Below, piece by piece: positions 42,261 through 52,385 of a stretch of 52,385 bases of DNA. The position numbers were made by a program, and so were the translations under genes. The DNA is from Candidatus Eiseniibacteriota bacterium (lineage in GTDB: Bacteria; Eisenbacteria; RBG-16-71-46), in the NCBI GenBank assembly GCA_031364845.1, contig JANLWX010000115.1:1-52385 (forward strand), in the 5' to 3' direction. The stretch's first letter is position 1; each line of letters starts with the position of its first letter. A model generated the notes under the pieces. That model did no database searches, was not told where the DNA came from, and saw only the letters and a program-made list of their open reading frames with translations.

Positions 42261-44072
42261 ATGAGCCGCCATCTTCCGCACTCTGCCGCCGGGCACCTCC
42301 CCGGCGTTCCCGCACCGATCCTCGACGCGCTCGATCGCGCGCCGTGGTTGCGCGATCTGACCGCGCTCGCGCCGGCCTTGATCGCGGCGGTCGCGATCTA
42401 CGCGCCGACGCTTGGGCTGTTCTTCGCGCAGGACGACGTCACGTTTCTTCTGCGCGCGACGGGCGCCGAGCCGACACCGTGGTCGTTCGCACGGCCGATC
42501 TCCGAGGGGCTCGCGTGGCGCGCGATGGTGACGGTATTCGGACTGAACCCCGCCCCGTACCATGCAGTGCGATTGATATTGCACCTCGCCGCCACGACGC
42601 TCGTCTACTTCGCGGCCCGCCGCCTGCTCGGCGGTCGCATTGCCGGGGGATGCGCGGCGGTGCTGTTCGGCGCGAGTTCCGTGGGCTTCACGGCGCTCCA
42701 TTGGGCTTCGTGCATCGTCGAAGTGCTCGCGACCACGCTCACTCTCGGATCCTTCGTACTGTGGCTCGAAGCGCGTGCGCGGGACTCGCAGATGTTGTCG
42801 TGGCTCTCGGCGCTCGTGATGGCGGGTGCGTTGCTCTCCAAGGAGAGCACGATCCTGCTGCCGCTCGTGCTGCTGTGTATCGCGGCACGTGAGGGTCCGA
42901 GGCGCGCGCTGGCGGCATGTGCTCCACATCTCGTGATGGTGGCGGCGATCGTGATCGCGTTCTTTGCGACGCGAACGATGTTCGCGTACGGCCAGTACAC
43001 CGGCGGCAATGCCTATTCCATGAACTTCCTGCCCGGCTTCCTGCTCGCCAACTTCGCGACGTATCTGGCGTGGTGCGTTTCGCTGCTCGATCCGATCCGT
43101 GATCGCAATGCGATCATGCATCCGGAGGCGGGATGGCTCGGCATCACACTCATCGCGTTGGTCGTCACGGGCGTGTTCGCGGGCGGGCGGCGGGATCGTG
43201 CGCCATTCGTGATCGGGACGATCTGGTTCGCGGCGTTCCTGCTGCCTGTGCTGCCGCTGGCACATCACACGTACCTCTACTACTTGTATCTGCCGTGGGC
43301 CGGGGCATCGTGGGCGCTGGTGGCGGCCGCGCGCGCGCTCGGAAGTCCCGCGCCTTTGCGGATCCGGATCGCCGCCGCGGCACTCGCCATCGCGGGCTTC
43401 ATCGCGCTCGAAGCGCGCGGTGTGCGCCTGCGCGAGTCGGCGATCGCCGGCGGCCTACCCGCCGACAAGACCGTCCGCGAGAGCGTGCTGCTGCGCAATG
43501 CGATTTCCGGACTGCGCGAAGCGCAGTTGCCGCCCGGCACGCATGTCGGCTTCGTGAACCCGTTCCCGCGCGAACATCACGACATCGCCGGAGCGAACAC
43601 GATGGTTCCTGCGACCGCGGCCGCAATGCATTCGTACATTCCACTCGAAGGCGCGATGCGCGATGGCAAGTCGCTGCAGCTGTTCGTGCCCGGGCTCCAC
43701 TATGAGGGGTTCGCGGTGCTCCCGCCTCCGGGCTGGGAGGACGTGGAGTTGTTCCTGTTCGACAACGACGGCTCGCTCAAGGCGCTCGGGCGAGGTGCCG
43801 TCGCGTACGCGCAACTCGGCCGGCTCATGATCGATCTCCAGCGGCCCATCGAGGCCGAAGCGTTGTTGCGCCGCGCACTGCTGCTGGGTGATGCGACCGC
43901 GGACACCGAGTATCTGCTGATGATCGCGGTCGGCAGCCAGGGCCGCATGATCGAAGGGTATGATGCGGCACGCGCGTTCCTTGAACGCTGGCCGCGGAGT
44001 CCCTACGCTGAGAACATCCGCACGCAGATCCTCGTCGGCGACACCGTGATCCCCGCCGCGAGCTCGCGCTAG
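42261..44072 (+). CDS. Polytopic GT-C-like membrane protein with C-terminal TPR-like helices
   Basis: FFAQDD acidic motif after TM1, RP, FGLNP.PYH, ALLSKES, YLYLP, helical C-terminus. Confidence 0.65.
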   Translation: MSRHLPHSAAGHLPGVPAPILDALDRAPWLRDLTALAPALIAAVAIYAPTLGLFFAQDDVTFLLRATGAEPTPWSFARPISEGLAWRAMVTVFGLNPAPYHAVRLILHLAATTLVYFAARRLLGGRIAGGCAAVLFGASSVGFTALHWASCIVEVLATTLTLGSFVLWLEARARDSQMLSWLSALVMAGALLSKESTILLPLVLLCIAAREGPRRALAACAPHLVMVAAIVIAFFATRTMFAYGQYTGGNAYSMNFLPGFLLANFATYLAWCVSLLDPIRDRNAIMHPEAGWLGITLIALVVTGVFAGGRRDRAPFVIGTIWFAAFLLPVLPLAHHTYLYYLYLPWAGASWALVAAARALGSPAPLRIRIAAAALAIAGFIALEARGVRLRESAIAGGLPADKTVRESVLLRNAISGLREAQLPPGTHVGFVNPFPREHHDIAGANTMVPATAAAMHSYIPLEGAMRDGKSLQLFVPGLHYEGFAVLPPPGWEDVELFLFDNDGSLKALGRGAVAYAQLGRLMIDLQRPIEAEALLRRALLLGDATADTEYLLMIAVGSQGRMIEGYDAARAFLERWPRSPYAENIRTQILVGDTVIPAASSR

Positions 44073-44074
44073 CG

Positions 44075-45724
44075 TTACCGCTTGCGCATCTCGTCGCGCA
44101 GTGCGCGAAACTCGTTTCCGACCCGCCAGTTCGGATACACCTTACTGTCGGCGATGCGCAGGCCGGTCTCGAAGTAGATGCGCACGTCACCTTCGACGCC
44201 GCTCAGATCCCACGTCGCGGCGTCGTATTCGTCGTCGACCTTGTGATAGCCGTTGGCGAGGTAGTGGTTGAAACGCGCGGTCATCACGGTGTCGGCTGCC
44301 GCCTGGTCGTCGCGCGGGTTCCCGACCGCGAACAACGCGGGAACGCCGCGCTTGGCGAATGGATAGTGATCGGACCGGTAGTAGGCGCCCGCTTCAGGGC
44401 TCGAGTCGTCCTGGAGCACGCGGCCGATGCGCGCCGCCGCGGTCGCCATCACGTCCTCGAGTTCCGACGAGCCGAAGCCGGTCACGGTCATCGCATTGAA
44501 TGAGCCGAATGGAAACAATGCATCGAGGTTCAGCACCGCCACGGTTTGCTCGAGCGGTTTGAGCGGATGGCGCGCGAGGAATTCGGACCCGAGCAGCCCC
44601 TTCTCCTCCGCCGTCGTCGCGACGAAGTAGACGGTGCGGCGCGGCTTCACCGGCAGTGCCGCGAACGCCTGCGCCAATTCGAGCAGTGCCGCGGTTCCGG
44701 TCGCGTTGTCGACCGCGCCGTTGAAAATCTTGTCGCCCGGCAGCGAATCGTTCCGGCCGACGTGATCCCAATGCCCGGTGTAGATCACGCACTCATCAGG
44801 CGCCGCGCGCCCTTCGATGCGCGCGACGACGTTGTGCGACGTGATGCGGCGTGTCCTGGCGCTGAAGCTCATCGATGCTTTGAGTGGCGTGGTCATGGTG
44901 CGGAAACCGCGCCGTCCGGCGCGCGCGATGAGCGTGTCCAGATCGAGCGACACCGCCGCGAGCATCCGGCGGGCCGCGGGCGCGCTGACATGGACGACCA
45001 TGTCGAGCTTCGGCTCGCCGGTCGTGTCTTCGAGAAAGTTTTGCGTGGTGCCACCGCCACCGCTCGTGAGCACGGTCCACGGGTAGCCGGCACTCGCATC
45101 GGTGTGGATCACGATCGCCGCACGCCCGCCGTGGCGCGCGGCGTTGTCGTACTTGGTCGCCGGAAGCCCGTGCCGCGTGAGCGCGCGACCGCGGAACAAC
45201 GTCGTGTCCTCGCGCGCGCCCGGTTCGCCGCGCAGCAGGATCACCGCCGCGCCGCGGAGATCTTCCGACGCGTAATCGTCCCACGCGAATTCCTTCGCAG
45301 TGGCACCGTACCCCGCGAACACGACCGGCAGATCCTCGAGCGCGATCTTCTCGAGCGGGCGTCCGGCTGACGCGACGAAGTCGGTTCCGAACACGAACGC
45401 GCCGACATCCTTGCCGCCCGTGACCGCGAAGTCCGGCGGGCCGGCGCGCTTGAGCTCGACGAGCGGCACCGGCTGGAGATACGTGTCGCCGAATCCCGGG
45501 CCCGCTCCGGCTTTCCGGAACGCATCCTCGAGGTAGCGCAGGGTCTTCTGCTCCCCCGCGGTTCCCGGCTCGCGGCCTTCGTATTCGTCGGACGCGATCA
45601 CGGCGATGTGCCGCGCGAGATCCGCGGCGCGAATGCCCTCCCAGGCCGGAAGAAATCCGGCCGACTCCGCGCCGATGAACGTCGCGAAGATGAACACCAC
45701 GAGCAGGGAGACGAGAACCTTCAC
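44075..45724 (-). CDS. Secreted M28 peptidase with PA domain
   Basis: Signal peptide, SDEYEGREPG, HWDH, NGAVDNATG, AEEKGLLGS, LNLD, RSDHYPF, YH..DE. Confidence 0.92.
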   Translation of the reverse strand: MKVLVSLLVVFIFATFIGAESAGFLPAWEGIRAADLARHIAVIASDEYEGREPGTAGEQKTLRYLEDAFRKAGAGPGFGDTYLQPVPLVELKRAGPPDFAVTGGKDVGAFVFGTDFVASAGRPLEKIALEDLPVVFAGYGATAKEFAWDDYASEDLRGAAVILLRGEPGAREDTTLFRGRALTRHGLPATKYDNAARHGGRAAIVIHTDASAGYPWTVLTSGGGGTTQNFLEDTTGEPKLDMVVHVSAPAARRMLAAVSLDLDTLIARAGRRGFRTMTTPLKASMSFSARTRRITSHNVVARIEGRAAPDECVIYTGHWDHVGRNDSLPGDKIFNGAVDNATGTAALLELAQAFAALPVKPRRTVYFVATTAEEKGLLGSEFLARHPLKPLEQTVAVLNLDALFPFGSFNAMTVTGFGSSELEDVMATAAARIGRVLQDDSSPEAGAYYRSDHYPFAKRGVPALFAVGNPRDDQAAADTVMTARFNHYLANGYHKVDDEYDAATWDLSGVEGDVRIYFETGLRIADSKVYPNWRVGNEFRALRDEMRKR

Positions 45725-46007
45725 GCGGAACCCTCACACTCGAAAGGTTGGATGGCCTGCGAATCCGAGGAGACTAGTCGGACCCCGAAGCGAGCGGGCG
45801 GCCGTCGCGACCAATGTCGGGATTGCCCGGCCCGCCGCGGCGATTCCGGTGACGGTCCGGTGGCGGGCGCCAACGATCCACCGCAGGGACCCGTGATCTC
45901 GCGCGGCGCAAGCAGTGTGTGTAGTGTCGCCGTCGTGAAGCGTGATCGCCGCGCGGGACCGATCGATTCCGACCGCCCGCTGCACCCTCATGGAAGAGGA
46001 TGATTTC

Positions 46008-47474
46008 GTGAACGCGAACGGCCCATCCGCGCGCGCATCGATGCCCTGGTACACGCGCCCAAATCTCTTGTTGGCGCTGGTGCTCGGCCTGTGCCTCGCG
46101 AGCCGGATGTACTTCATCTTGACGCTGCCCTACTGCGCCGAAGACGCGTACATCACGTTCCGCTATGCGCATCATTGGGCGGACGGACTCGGCCCTTCGT
46201 TCAACGTGGGCGAACGCGCGTGGGGCTTCACGTCGCCACTGTGGACCACCATGCTCGCACTCGCGGCGAAGACGGGCGCGCCGATCGAGCTGGCCGCGCG
46301 CTGGATACTGGTCGCGTGCGACGTGCTGACGCTGGTGCTCGGGTGGCGGCTGCTCGCGAGATCGTCGCTGCTCACGGCCGCGGGCTTTGGATTGTTCTTC
46401 GCGCTGTGGCCGCGCTTCGCGCACCTGCCGGCGAGCGGACTCGAGAGCAGCCTCGTCACCTGCCTGCTGCTCGCGGCCGTGACACTGGCCCGCACCCGCT
46501 GGGGCGGTGTGCTCGCCGGACTGCTCGCGCTCAGCCGACCGGAAGGAGCCGCGATGAGCGTGATCGTCGCGTGGCTGCTCCCGGCCCGACAGCGATGGAT
46601 CTGGCTCGCCGTCGCGGCACTTCAGGGACTCTTCATGCTCTACTTCGGCCAACTGCTCCCTTCCAGCGTCGCGAGCAAGGCCGCGGTGTACGGCATTCAG
46701 ACGCTTCAAGGCATGTACTGGATGGAGTGGCTGATCCCGGGCATGGCCCCGCAGACGCCCGACGGCCAGGGCTTGGCGCCGCTCTCGGTGCTGTTGCTCA
46801 CCGGACTCGTCGCGCTCGTCATTCAATGGAAACGCAGCGCCCCCGGAAAGTCCGCGCTGCCGGTGCTGCTCGCCTGCGGGCTGCTCACGCTGTCCGGCTA
46901 CATGGTGCTCGGCGTGCCCTGGTACTTCTGGTATGCGCCGACGCCGACGATCGCGGTGTTGCTCGGCGTCTTCACGGGGCTGACGAGCTCCGGCGTGCTG
47001 CGCTGGACGCTCGCACCGCTGGTCGTGTTCCTCGCGTTCTCGTGGTCGACCGTCGCTCCGCGCGTCGTGACGCTCCAGACCGTCGACGCCGCGGTGTTCG
47101 CCGGCATCGGCCGCACGCTACGGCAGGATGCCGCCGGCGAGCGCGCGAGCGTAATGCTCGAACCCATCGGAATCGTCGGCTACGTGAGCGGCCTGCGCGT
47201 GATCGATGAAGTCGGCCTCGTCACACCGTGGGTCGCTCGCGAACGCGAGCATGGCGACGGCTGGTACGCGCGCGTGATGGCGAAGGATCGCCCCGACTAC
47301 ATCGTGATCCGGCGCGACTGGCTCGCCGGCGGCGTGACGTGGGCGGGGGTTGGAGCGCCGTTTGTTTCGCGCGAGCAGGCCGACAGCGTGCTCGCGGGCT
47401 ACGAGCCTTTGCGAGAGCGCGCCGGGATGAGCGCGGGGGCCGGGAAGCTTCAAATCCTGAGACGGAAGTACTGA
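46008..47474 (+). CDS. GT-C-type membrane glycosyltransferase
   Basis: EDAYITFRYA, G..FN.GE...GFTSPLW, SGLE, SRPEG, IGIVGY.S...VID.VGLV. Start GTG 46008 follows AGAGGA; ATG 45990 is possible. Confidence 0.75.
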   Translation: MNANGPSARASMPWYTRPNLLLALVLGLCLASRMYFILTLPYCAEDAYITFRYAHHWADGLGPSFNVGERAWGFTSPLWTTMLALAAKTGAPIELAARWILVACDVLTLVLGWRLLARSSLLTAAGFGLFFALWPRFAHLPASGLESSLVTCLLLAAVTLARTRWGGVLAGLLALSRPEGAAMSVIVAWLLPARQRWIWLAVAALQGLFMLYFGQLLPSSVASKAAVYGIQTLQGMYWMEWLIPGMAPQTPDGQGLAPLSVLLLTGLVALVIQWKRSAPGKSALPVLLACGLLTLSGYMVLGVPWYFWYAPTPTIAVLLGVFTGLTSSGVLRWTLAPLVVFLAFSWSTVAPRVVTLQTVDAAVFAGIGRTLRQDAAGERASVMLEPIGIVGYVSGLRVIDEVGLVTPWVAREREHGDGWYARVMAKDRPDYIVIRRDWLAGGVTWAGVGAPFVSREQADSVLAGYEPLRERAGMSAGAGKLQILRRKY

Positions 47475-47632
47475 ACTGGGGCTCATGTCGTCAAAATCCC
47501 CTTTCGGCGACACGTCTTGCCGTCATGTCGCCGACGACGACACGACAAGGCCTCGCGTGATCCACTGCGATGCAGCACGTTGTTGCCTATACTGAGCAAC
47601 GGATTCGGGGCAACGATCGTGGAGGAAAGTCG

Positions 47633-48421
47633 ATGGCATTTAACAGCCGGACGGTGCAGGAGCAGTGGGACGTCGCCGCCGATGGTTACACGCGCGGGCA
47701 GTCCTCGGGCCTCGACCATTTTCGGTACGAATTCTTCGGGCCCGCGCACGTCGCGCTGTGCGGAGACGTGACGGGCCTTCGTCTGCTCGATGTCGGCTGC
47801 GGCAATGGATACTTCTCACGCGAGATGGCGGCGCGGGGCGCGCGCGTCACGGGTATCGACATTTCTCCGCGTATGATCGCGCACGCGACCGAGCGTGAAA
47901 CCGCGGCGCCACTGGGTATCGCCTACCAGGCAATGGATGCAGCCGACGTATCGAGCGCGTTCGCGCCAGGTTCCTTCGACATCGCGACGTCGTGCATGGC
48001 GCTCCAGGACATGCCGCAGATCGCCGGCGTTCTGAGCGCTGTGCACCGGACGCTGCGGCCCGGAGGGCGCTTCGTCGCCGCGATCGAGCACCCGTGCACG
48101 AACCCGCCGTTCCGCGTGTGGGAGCGCGACGCTGACGGCAAGAAGAAGTGGCTCTGCATCGATCGCTATTTCGAACGCGGGCCGCGCGATTACACATGGA
48201 GCCGCTGGCCGGGCGCGTTCACGACCACGGCCAATCATGCGCCGCTCGAAGACTGGCTCGAGTGGATCGTCGATGCGGGTTTCCAGATTCGCGCGGTGCG
48301 CGAGCCGCGACCGGAGCCGTCCGCCGTCGAAGCACACCCGCGCCTGGCGGCCGCGACGCGGGTGCCGTATTTCATGATGTTCGATCTGGTGGCGGGTAAG
48401 GCAAAGGCGGAGAGCACGTGA
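47633..48421 (+). CDS. Class I SAM-dependent methyltransferase
   Basis: GGAGG RBS, LLDVGCGNG, VTGIDIS, FD, LRPGGRFV, HPC, EPRP. Confidence 0.88.
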   Translation: MAFNSRTVQEQWDVAADGYTRGQSSGLDHFRYEFFGPAHVALCGDVTGLRLLDVGCGNGYFSREMAARGARVTGIDISPRMIAHATERETAAPLGIAYQAMDAADVSSAFAPGSFDIATSCMALQDMPQIAGVLSAVHRTLRPGGRFVAAIEHPCTNPPFRVWERDADGKKKWLCIDRYFERGPRDYTWSRWPGAFTTTANHAPLEDWLEWIVDAGFQIRAVREPRPEPSAVEAHPRLAAATRVPYFMMFDLVAGKAKAEST

Positions 48422-50970
48422 CCGCGTGCCGGGCACGTGACACGATCACACGACGACGACGCAACTTCACATGGGCTGTGGCGCGTATCGCACTCGCGAT
48501 CTCACTTCCTTCCATCCCCGCCCGCGCCGATGACGCGGGCCTGTGGCGCTCGTGGCCCGGGCCTGCGCTCGACTGGCACTCGATGGTGGTCGATAGCCTC
48601 GACGATCGCGCGCTCATCGTGGGCGGAGGGTCCTCGACCGGCATGAGTCACATCGTGTGGTCGCGCGATCTGACGAACGGCGACTCCTGGACGCCGCTTC
48701 CGACCACTACGCCCGGACCCACGCTGCGCCGCGCCGCGGCGGTCATGGACTCGCGGCGTAACCGAGTGCTCGTGATCGGCGGCGACAGCGCCTCCACTGC
48801 CGGCGAAGTGCATGTGCTCGACCTCTCGCCGCCCGCGCAGTGGAGCCTGCTCGCCACGACCGGCGTCGGCCCCGCGCCCGGACCCATTCACGGTGCATGG
48901 ATCGACGACTCGCTCGGCACCGTGATCTGCGCGGACAGGGCGGGACTGTGGCGGCTCACGCTCGAAGGAACTCCGACGTGGTCTTCGATGGCCGCCGGCA
49001 CCGGGCCGCCGAATGTCGTGAGTCCGGCGCGCGCGCTCGACTCACGGAGGCATCGCATGCTCGCCCAGGGTGGCAACACGCCGAACTGGTCGCGCATGTC
49101 CGGCTCGCTGCTGAACGGGCTCTGGGAACTTTCGCTGCTCACCGGAGACACCGCGACGTGGCGTCCGATCGACGGCCTCGGCCTGCCCTATAGGTCCGGG
49201 CACGCCGCCTTCTACGACATCACACGCGACCGCTTGGTCGCCGTGGGTGGCCAGGCGGGCTGGCTGCTGCTGGCGCATGACTCGTGGTCTGCGTCGCTCG
49301 ATGCGCCCGCGAACGTTCAGACGCTCACCTCGACGATCCATCCCAACGGACTTCTCGCCTACGACCGCGGGCACGACCGATTGCTCGATCACGTGTTCTC
49401 GTCTTTTGCGCTGCACACGCTTCCTCTCAACGGCGCCATCGCCTGGACCACCGAAGATCGCACCGGAGTGCCGGGAATTTCCGGGCCCACCGTCGAGGCC
49501 GTGTACGATCCGCGTCGCAACCGCATGCTCGTGTTCGGCGGTGCGCAGCCCTACTCGCCGGCGAACGAAGTGCGCTCGCTGGCGCTCGACGACCTTCCGC
49601 GCTGGGACGTGATCGCCACGGTGGGAACGCCGCCGAATCCGCGCTCGGGCGCATCGGTGGCCTTCGATGTTCTGCGCGACCGGCTCATCGTCCACGGTGG
49701 CTACGCGCCCGGGATGTCGTTCAACGAAACCCGGGCGCTCTCGTTCGCAACCACGCCGCCATCATGGAGCGTCGTGCGATCACCCGGACCCTACACACAG
49801 GACGCGCCGGCCCTCTACGACCCGGTCCGGGATGCACTGCTGCTGTTCACGCTCCCCCAACCCGGCGGATTGTGCATCGTGCAGCAATTGCCGCTCGGTG
49901 GCCCGGGAGGTTGGAGCGAGATGACGACGTCGGGCGTTCGCCCGCGAGCCCTGATCGAAGGGCACGTGAGTTCAGCTTACGATCCATTGCGCGAACGCTG
50001 GCTGCTGTTCGGCTACGCCGACGGAGCCATGGAGCCCGTCTGCGCGCTCGATCTCGCGACCCGCCAGTGGACCGTGCTTCCCGAGATGGGACTTCCCGAG
50101 GACAGTTACCATCACTACGAAGCGGTGTTCGATCTGCTCAGCGACCGACTGGTCGCGTACGGTGGCACGCGGGACATCATCGATCCGCCCGGCCCGCCCT
50201 ACGTGCGCGAAGTGCCAACGTGGGTACGCGCGATGTCGTTCGCGGAGACGCCGGTCGTGACGACGCTCGGATCGGTCGGTCCGTCCCCGAAGGGACGGGA
50301 GAACGCGTGGATGGTGCTCGACCCCGTCCGTGATGCGCTCGTCATGTCGACCGGGTTTTCGCTGACCGAAGAAACCCCGCAGGACACGTGGTCACTCGAC
50401 TGGGCGCGGTTGTCGTTGCGGCTGATCGAAGCGAGCGCCGATACCGAGGCCGTGAGATTGCAGTGGCGCTCGGTCCAACTCGCGCGACGCACGTTGGAGC
50501 TCCATCGACGCGCGCCTTCCGGCGTGTGGGCGAAGCTTGCGGATGTCGATTTCGACGCGGCCGGTGACATGGCGTTCCGTGACACCTCGGCGCACGGGCC
50601 CGCACGTTTTGGATACCGCTTGCTCGACACCTCGCGATGGCAGCCGGTGTTGAGCGAGATCTGGATGCGTGGTGCGGGCGGCAGCGATCCGCCGATCGTT
50701 CCGTCCACGCTGAGCCTGCGCGCGGCGCCGAATCCCGCGATCGGCGGCGCAATCAACCTGCGGCTTCTGCTCGACGCTTCCGGCGCGCCGGATATCGCGC
50801 TCGTGGATCTGAACGGACGCGTCGTCATGCGCTGGACGCTGCAGTCGTTCGCAGCCGGTGAGTGGAACGTTCCGCTATCGCTGCCGCCGGGAATCGGGCC
50901 GGGACTCTATTGGCTGCGTGCGAACCTGCCGGGGCGGACGGCGTCGGCGCGGGTTGCGGTGTTGCGGTGA
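48418..50970 (+). CDS. Secreted Kelch-like beta-propeller protein with T9SS-like C-terminal domain
   Basis: Signal-like N-terminus, repeats of YD..R.R.LVFGG...W, C-terminal PNP...DLNGRVV...PGLYWLR...RVAVLR. Confidence 0.75.
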   Translation: MTACRARDTITRRRRNFTWAVARIALAISLPSIPARADDAGLWRSWPGPALDWHSMVVDSLDDRALIVGGGSSTGMSHIVWSRDLTNGDSWTPLPTTTPGPTLRRAAAVMDSRRNRVLVIGGDSASTAGEVHVLDLSPPAQWSLLATTGVGPAPGPIHGAWIDDSLGTVICADRAGLWRLTLEGTPTWSSMAAGTGPPNVVSPARALDSRRHRMLAQGGNTPNWSRMSGSLLNGLWELSLLTGDTATWRPIDGLGLPYRSGHAAFYDITRDRLVAVGGQAGWLLLAHDSWSASLDAPANVQTLTSTIHPNGLLAYDRGHDRLLDHVFSSFALHTLPLNGAIAWTTEDRTGVPGISGPTVEAVYDPRRNRMLVFGGAQPYSPANEVRSLALDDLPRWDVIATVGTPPNPRSGASVAFDVLRDRLIVHGGYAPGMSFNETRALSFATTPPSWSVVRSPGPYTQDAPALYDPVRDALLLFTLPQPGGLCIVQQLPLGGPGGWSEMTTSGVRPRALIEGHVSSAYDPLRERWLLFGYADGAMEPVCALDLATRQWTVLPEMGLPEDSYHHYEAVFDLLSDRLVAYGGTRDIIDPPGPPYVREVPTWVRAMSFAETPVVTTLGSVGPSPKGRENAWMVLDPVRDALVMSTGFSLTEETPQDTWSLDWARLSLRLIEASADTEAVRLQWRSVQLARRTLELHRRAPSGVWAKLADVDFDAAGDMAFRDTSAHGPARFGYRLLDTSRWQPVLSEIWMRGAGGSDPPIVPSTLSLRAAPNPAIGGAINLRLLLDASGAPDIALVDLNGRVVMRWTLQSFAAGEWNVPLSLPPGIGPGLYWLRANLPGRTASARVAVLR

Positions 50971-50986
50971 GTGTGCGGCTTCCCGC

Positions 50987-52385
50987 TCACCCCACCAACC
51001 CCGCCCCCCGCGCCGGCGACACCGCACCCGGCAGCGGCTCCACTATCGGCTCTCCGACTGGCACTTCCGTCCGCGCCGGCACCGCCCCCGCTTCCGGCTC
51101 CGCGAACCCGCGCTTGATCCAGGCACCCGCCCACGCGCCGAAGTCGTCGAGATAGGTATAGACGACCGGCACCACGATCAGCGTCAGCAGCGTCGAGGTG
51201 ATGAGGCCGCCGATCACGGCGCGCGCCATCGGGGCGCGGAACTCCGCACCGGCGCCGAGCGCGATCGCGGTCGGGAGCATGCCGAAGATCATCGCGAGCG
51301 TCGTCATCACGATCGGTCGCAGGCGCAGTTCGCCGGCGTCGGTCAGCGCATCGATGCGGCTCAGGCCGCGCTCGCGCGCCTGGTTCGCGAAGTCGACGAG
51401 CAGGATCGCGTTCTTCGTCACGAGACCCATCAGCATGATGATGCCGATCATGCTCATGATGTTGAGCGTGCCGCGCGTCATCGCGAGCGCGATCATCACG
51501 CCGATCAGCGACAGCGGCAGTGACAGCATGATCGCGAGCGGCTTGAGGAAGCTGCCGAACTGGCTCGCGAGGATGATGTAAAGGAACACGATCGCGAGCG
51601 TGAGTGCTTCGACCATGTAGCCGACGGTTTCGACGAGATCGGCCTGCTCGCCGCCGAAGTCGAACGCGTAACCGGGCGGAAGGTCGATCTGACGCAGGCG
51701 CGTCTCGACGTCGCGCACGACGTCGGTGAGCGGGCGGCCCTGATAATTGCCTTCCAGCGTCGCCACGCGTTCGAGGCGCTGGCGATCGATCTGCGCGGGG
51801 GCGCCTCCCGAACGGAACGTCGCGACCTGGCCGAGCGGCACGGTGACGGGTGCCCCGGTCGAGCGATCCATCACCCCGGTCGCCACCGGCACGCGCGCGA
51901 GATCCTCCTTCGAGGTCCGGAACTCGGGCGCGAGCCGCACGACGACGTCGTGCGAGAGGCCGGTTTCATCTTCCCAGTTGCCGGCCTTCTGCCCGGAGAG
52001 CACCGGCCGCAGTGTCGCGCCGATCTGTCCGACCGAGAGCCCGACGTTGGCGGCGAGATCGCGATCGACATCGACCAGCCACTCGGGCTTGCGGCCTTCG
52101 AGCGACGACTTCAACTCGACGAGGCCGGGCACGTCGCGCAGGCGCTTCATCGCTTCGTCCGAGATCGATTGCAGCTTCGCGAGGTCGGGCCCGTTGAGAT
52201 TGATCACGATCGGCGCCGCGGATCCGCCGACCGCGCCGATCTGGAGAATGCGCGCCTGCGCGCCGGCGAACTGCGGCAGCGTGCGGCGCATGTCGGCTTC
52301 GAACTCCTGCTGGTTCAGCTTGCGCTCGTGACGCGGCTTCATCTGGATGAAGATCTGGCCTTTGTTGACCGCGTTGTTCTGCTGC
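50987..52385 (-). CDS. AcrB/AcrD/AcrF-family RND efflux permease, C-terminal part (5' end outside window)
   Basis: ILASQFGSF..PLAIMLSLPLS, GLVTKNAILLVDF, RLRPIVMTTLAMIFGMLP, IGGLITSTLLTL.VVPVVY. Confidence 0.93.
   Translation of the reverse strand, partial: QQNNAVNKGQIFIQMKPRHERKLNQQEFEADMRRTLPQFAGAQARILQIGAVGGSAAPIVINLNGPDLAKLQSISDEAMKRLRDVPGLVELKSSLEGRKPEWLVDVDRDLAANVGLSVGQIGATLRPVLSGQKAGNWEDETGLSHDVVVRLAPEFRTSKEDLARVPVATGVMDRSTGAPVTVPLGQVATFRSGGAPAQIDRQRLERVATLEGNYQGRPLTDVVRDVETRLRQIDLPPGYAFDFGGEQADLVETVGYMVEALTLAIVFLYIILASQFGSFLKPLAIMLSLPLSLIGVMIALAMTRGTLNIMSMIGIIMLMGLVTKNAILLVDFANQARERGLSRIDALTDAGELRLRPIVMTTLAMIFGMLPTAIALGAGAEFRAPMARAVIGGLITSTLLTLIVVPVVYTYLDDFGAWAGAWIKRGFAEPEAGAVPARTEVPVGEPIVEPLPGAVSPARGAGLVG

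Noticed and set aside
45725..46007. Possible ncRNA or small gene in the divergent M28/GT-C gap
   Set aside because: No convincing RBS-ORF or recognisable RNA motif; consistent with a divergent promoter region.

Overview
High-GC bacterial chromosomal segment with about 34 genes. Five secreted proteins share a C-terminal FlgD-Ig/T9SS-like domain, a pattern that suggests an FCB-related candidate lineage such as Ca. Eisenbacteria (inference). No rRNA, tRNA, CRISPR array or intact transposase/integrase was seen. Main points: (1) a minus-strand cluster carB-carA-NodU/CmcH carbamoyltransferase-priming glycosyl-1-phosphate transferase followed by two tandem paralogous secreted beta-helix proteins, each preceded by a conserved sigma54-like motif; this looks like a dedicated carbamoyl-phosphate supply for surface-glycan carbamoylation. 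(2) A divergent nhaR / aeRF1-like (no GGQ, Balon-like) / terC module. (3) Three broken genes: a DUF222-HNH gene, a truncated HEPN toxin beside an intact MNT, and a flavoprotein with one in-frame TAA. (4) A highly structured palindromic element plus a 14-bp tandem repeat at the left edge. (5) Three GT-C-type membrane glycosyltransferases, peptidases (PepT, M13, M28), MMPL and RND transporters, an AAA+/VWA pair and methyltransferases. All calls come from motif recognition by eye; no database searches were run.
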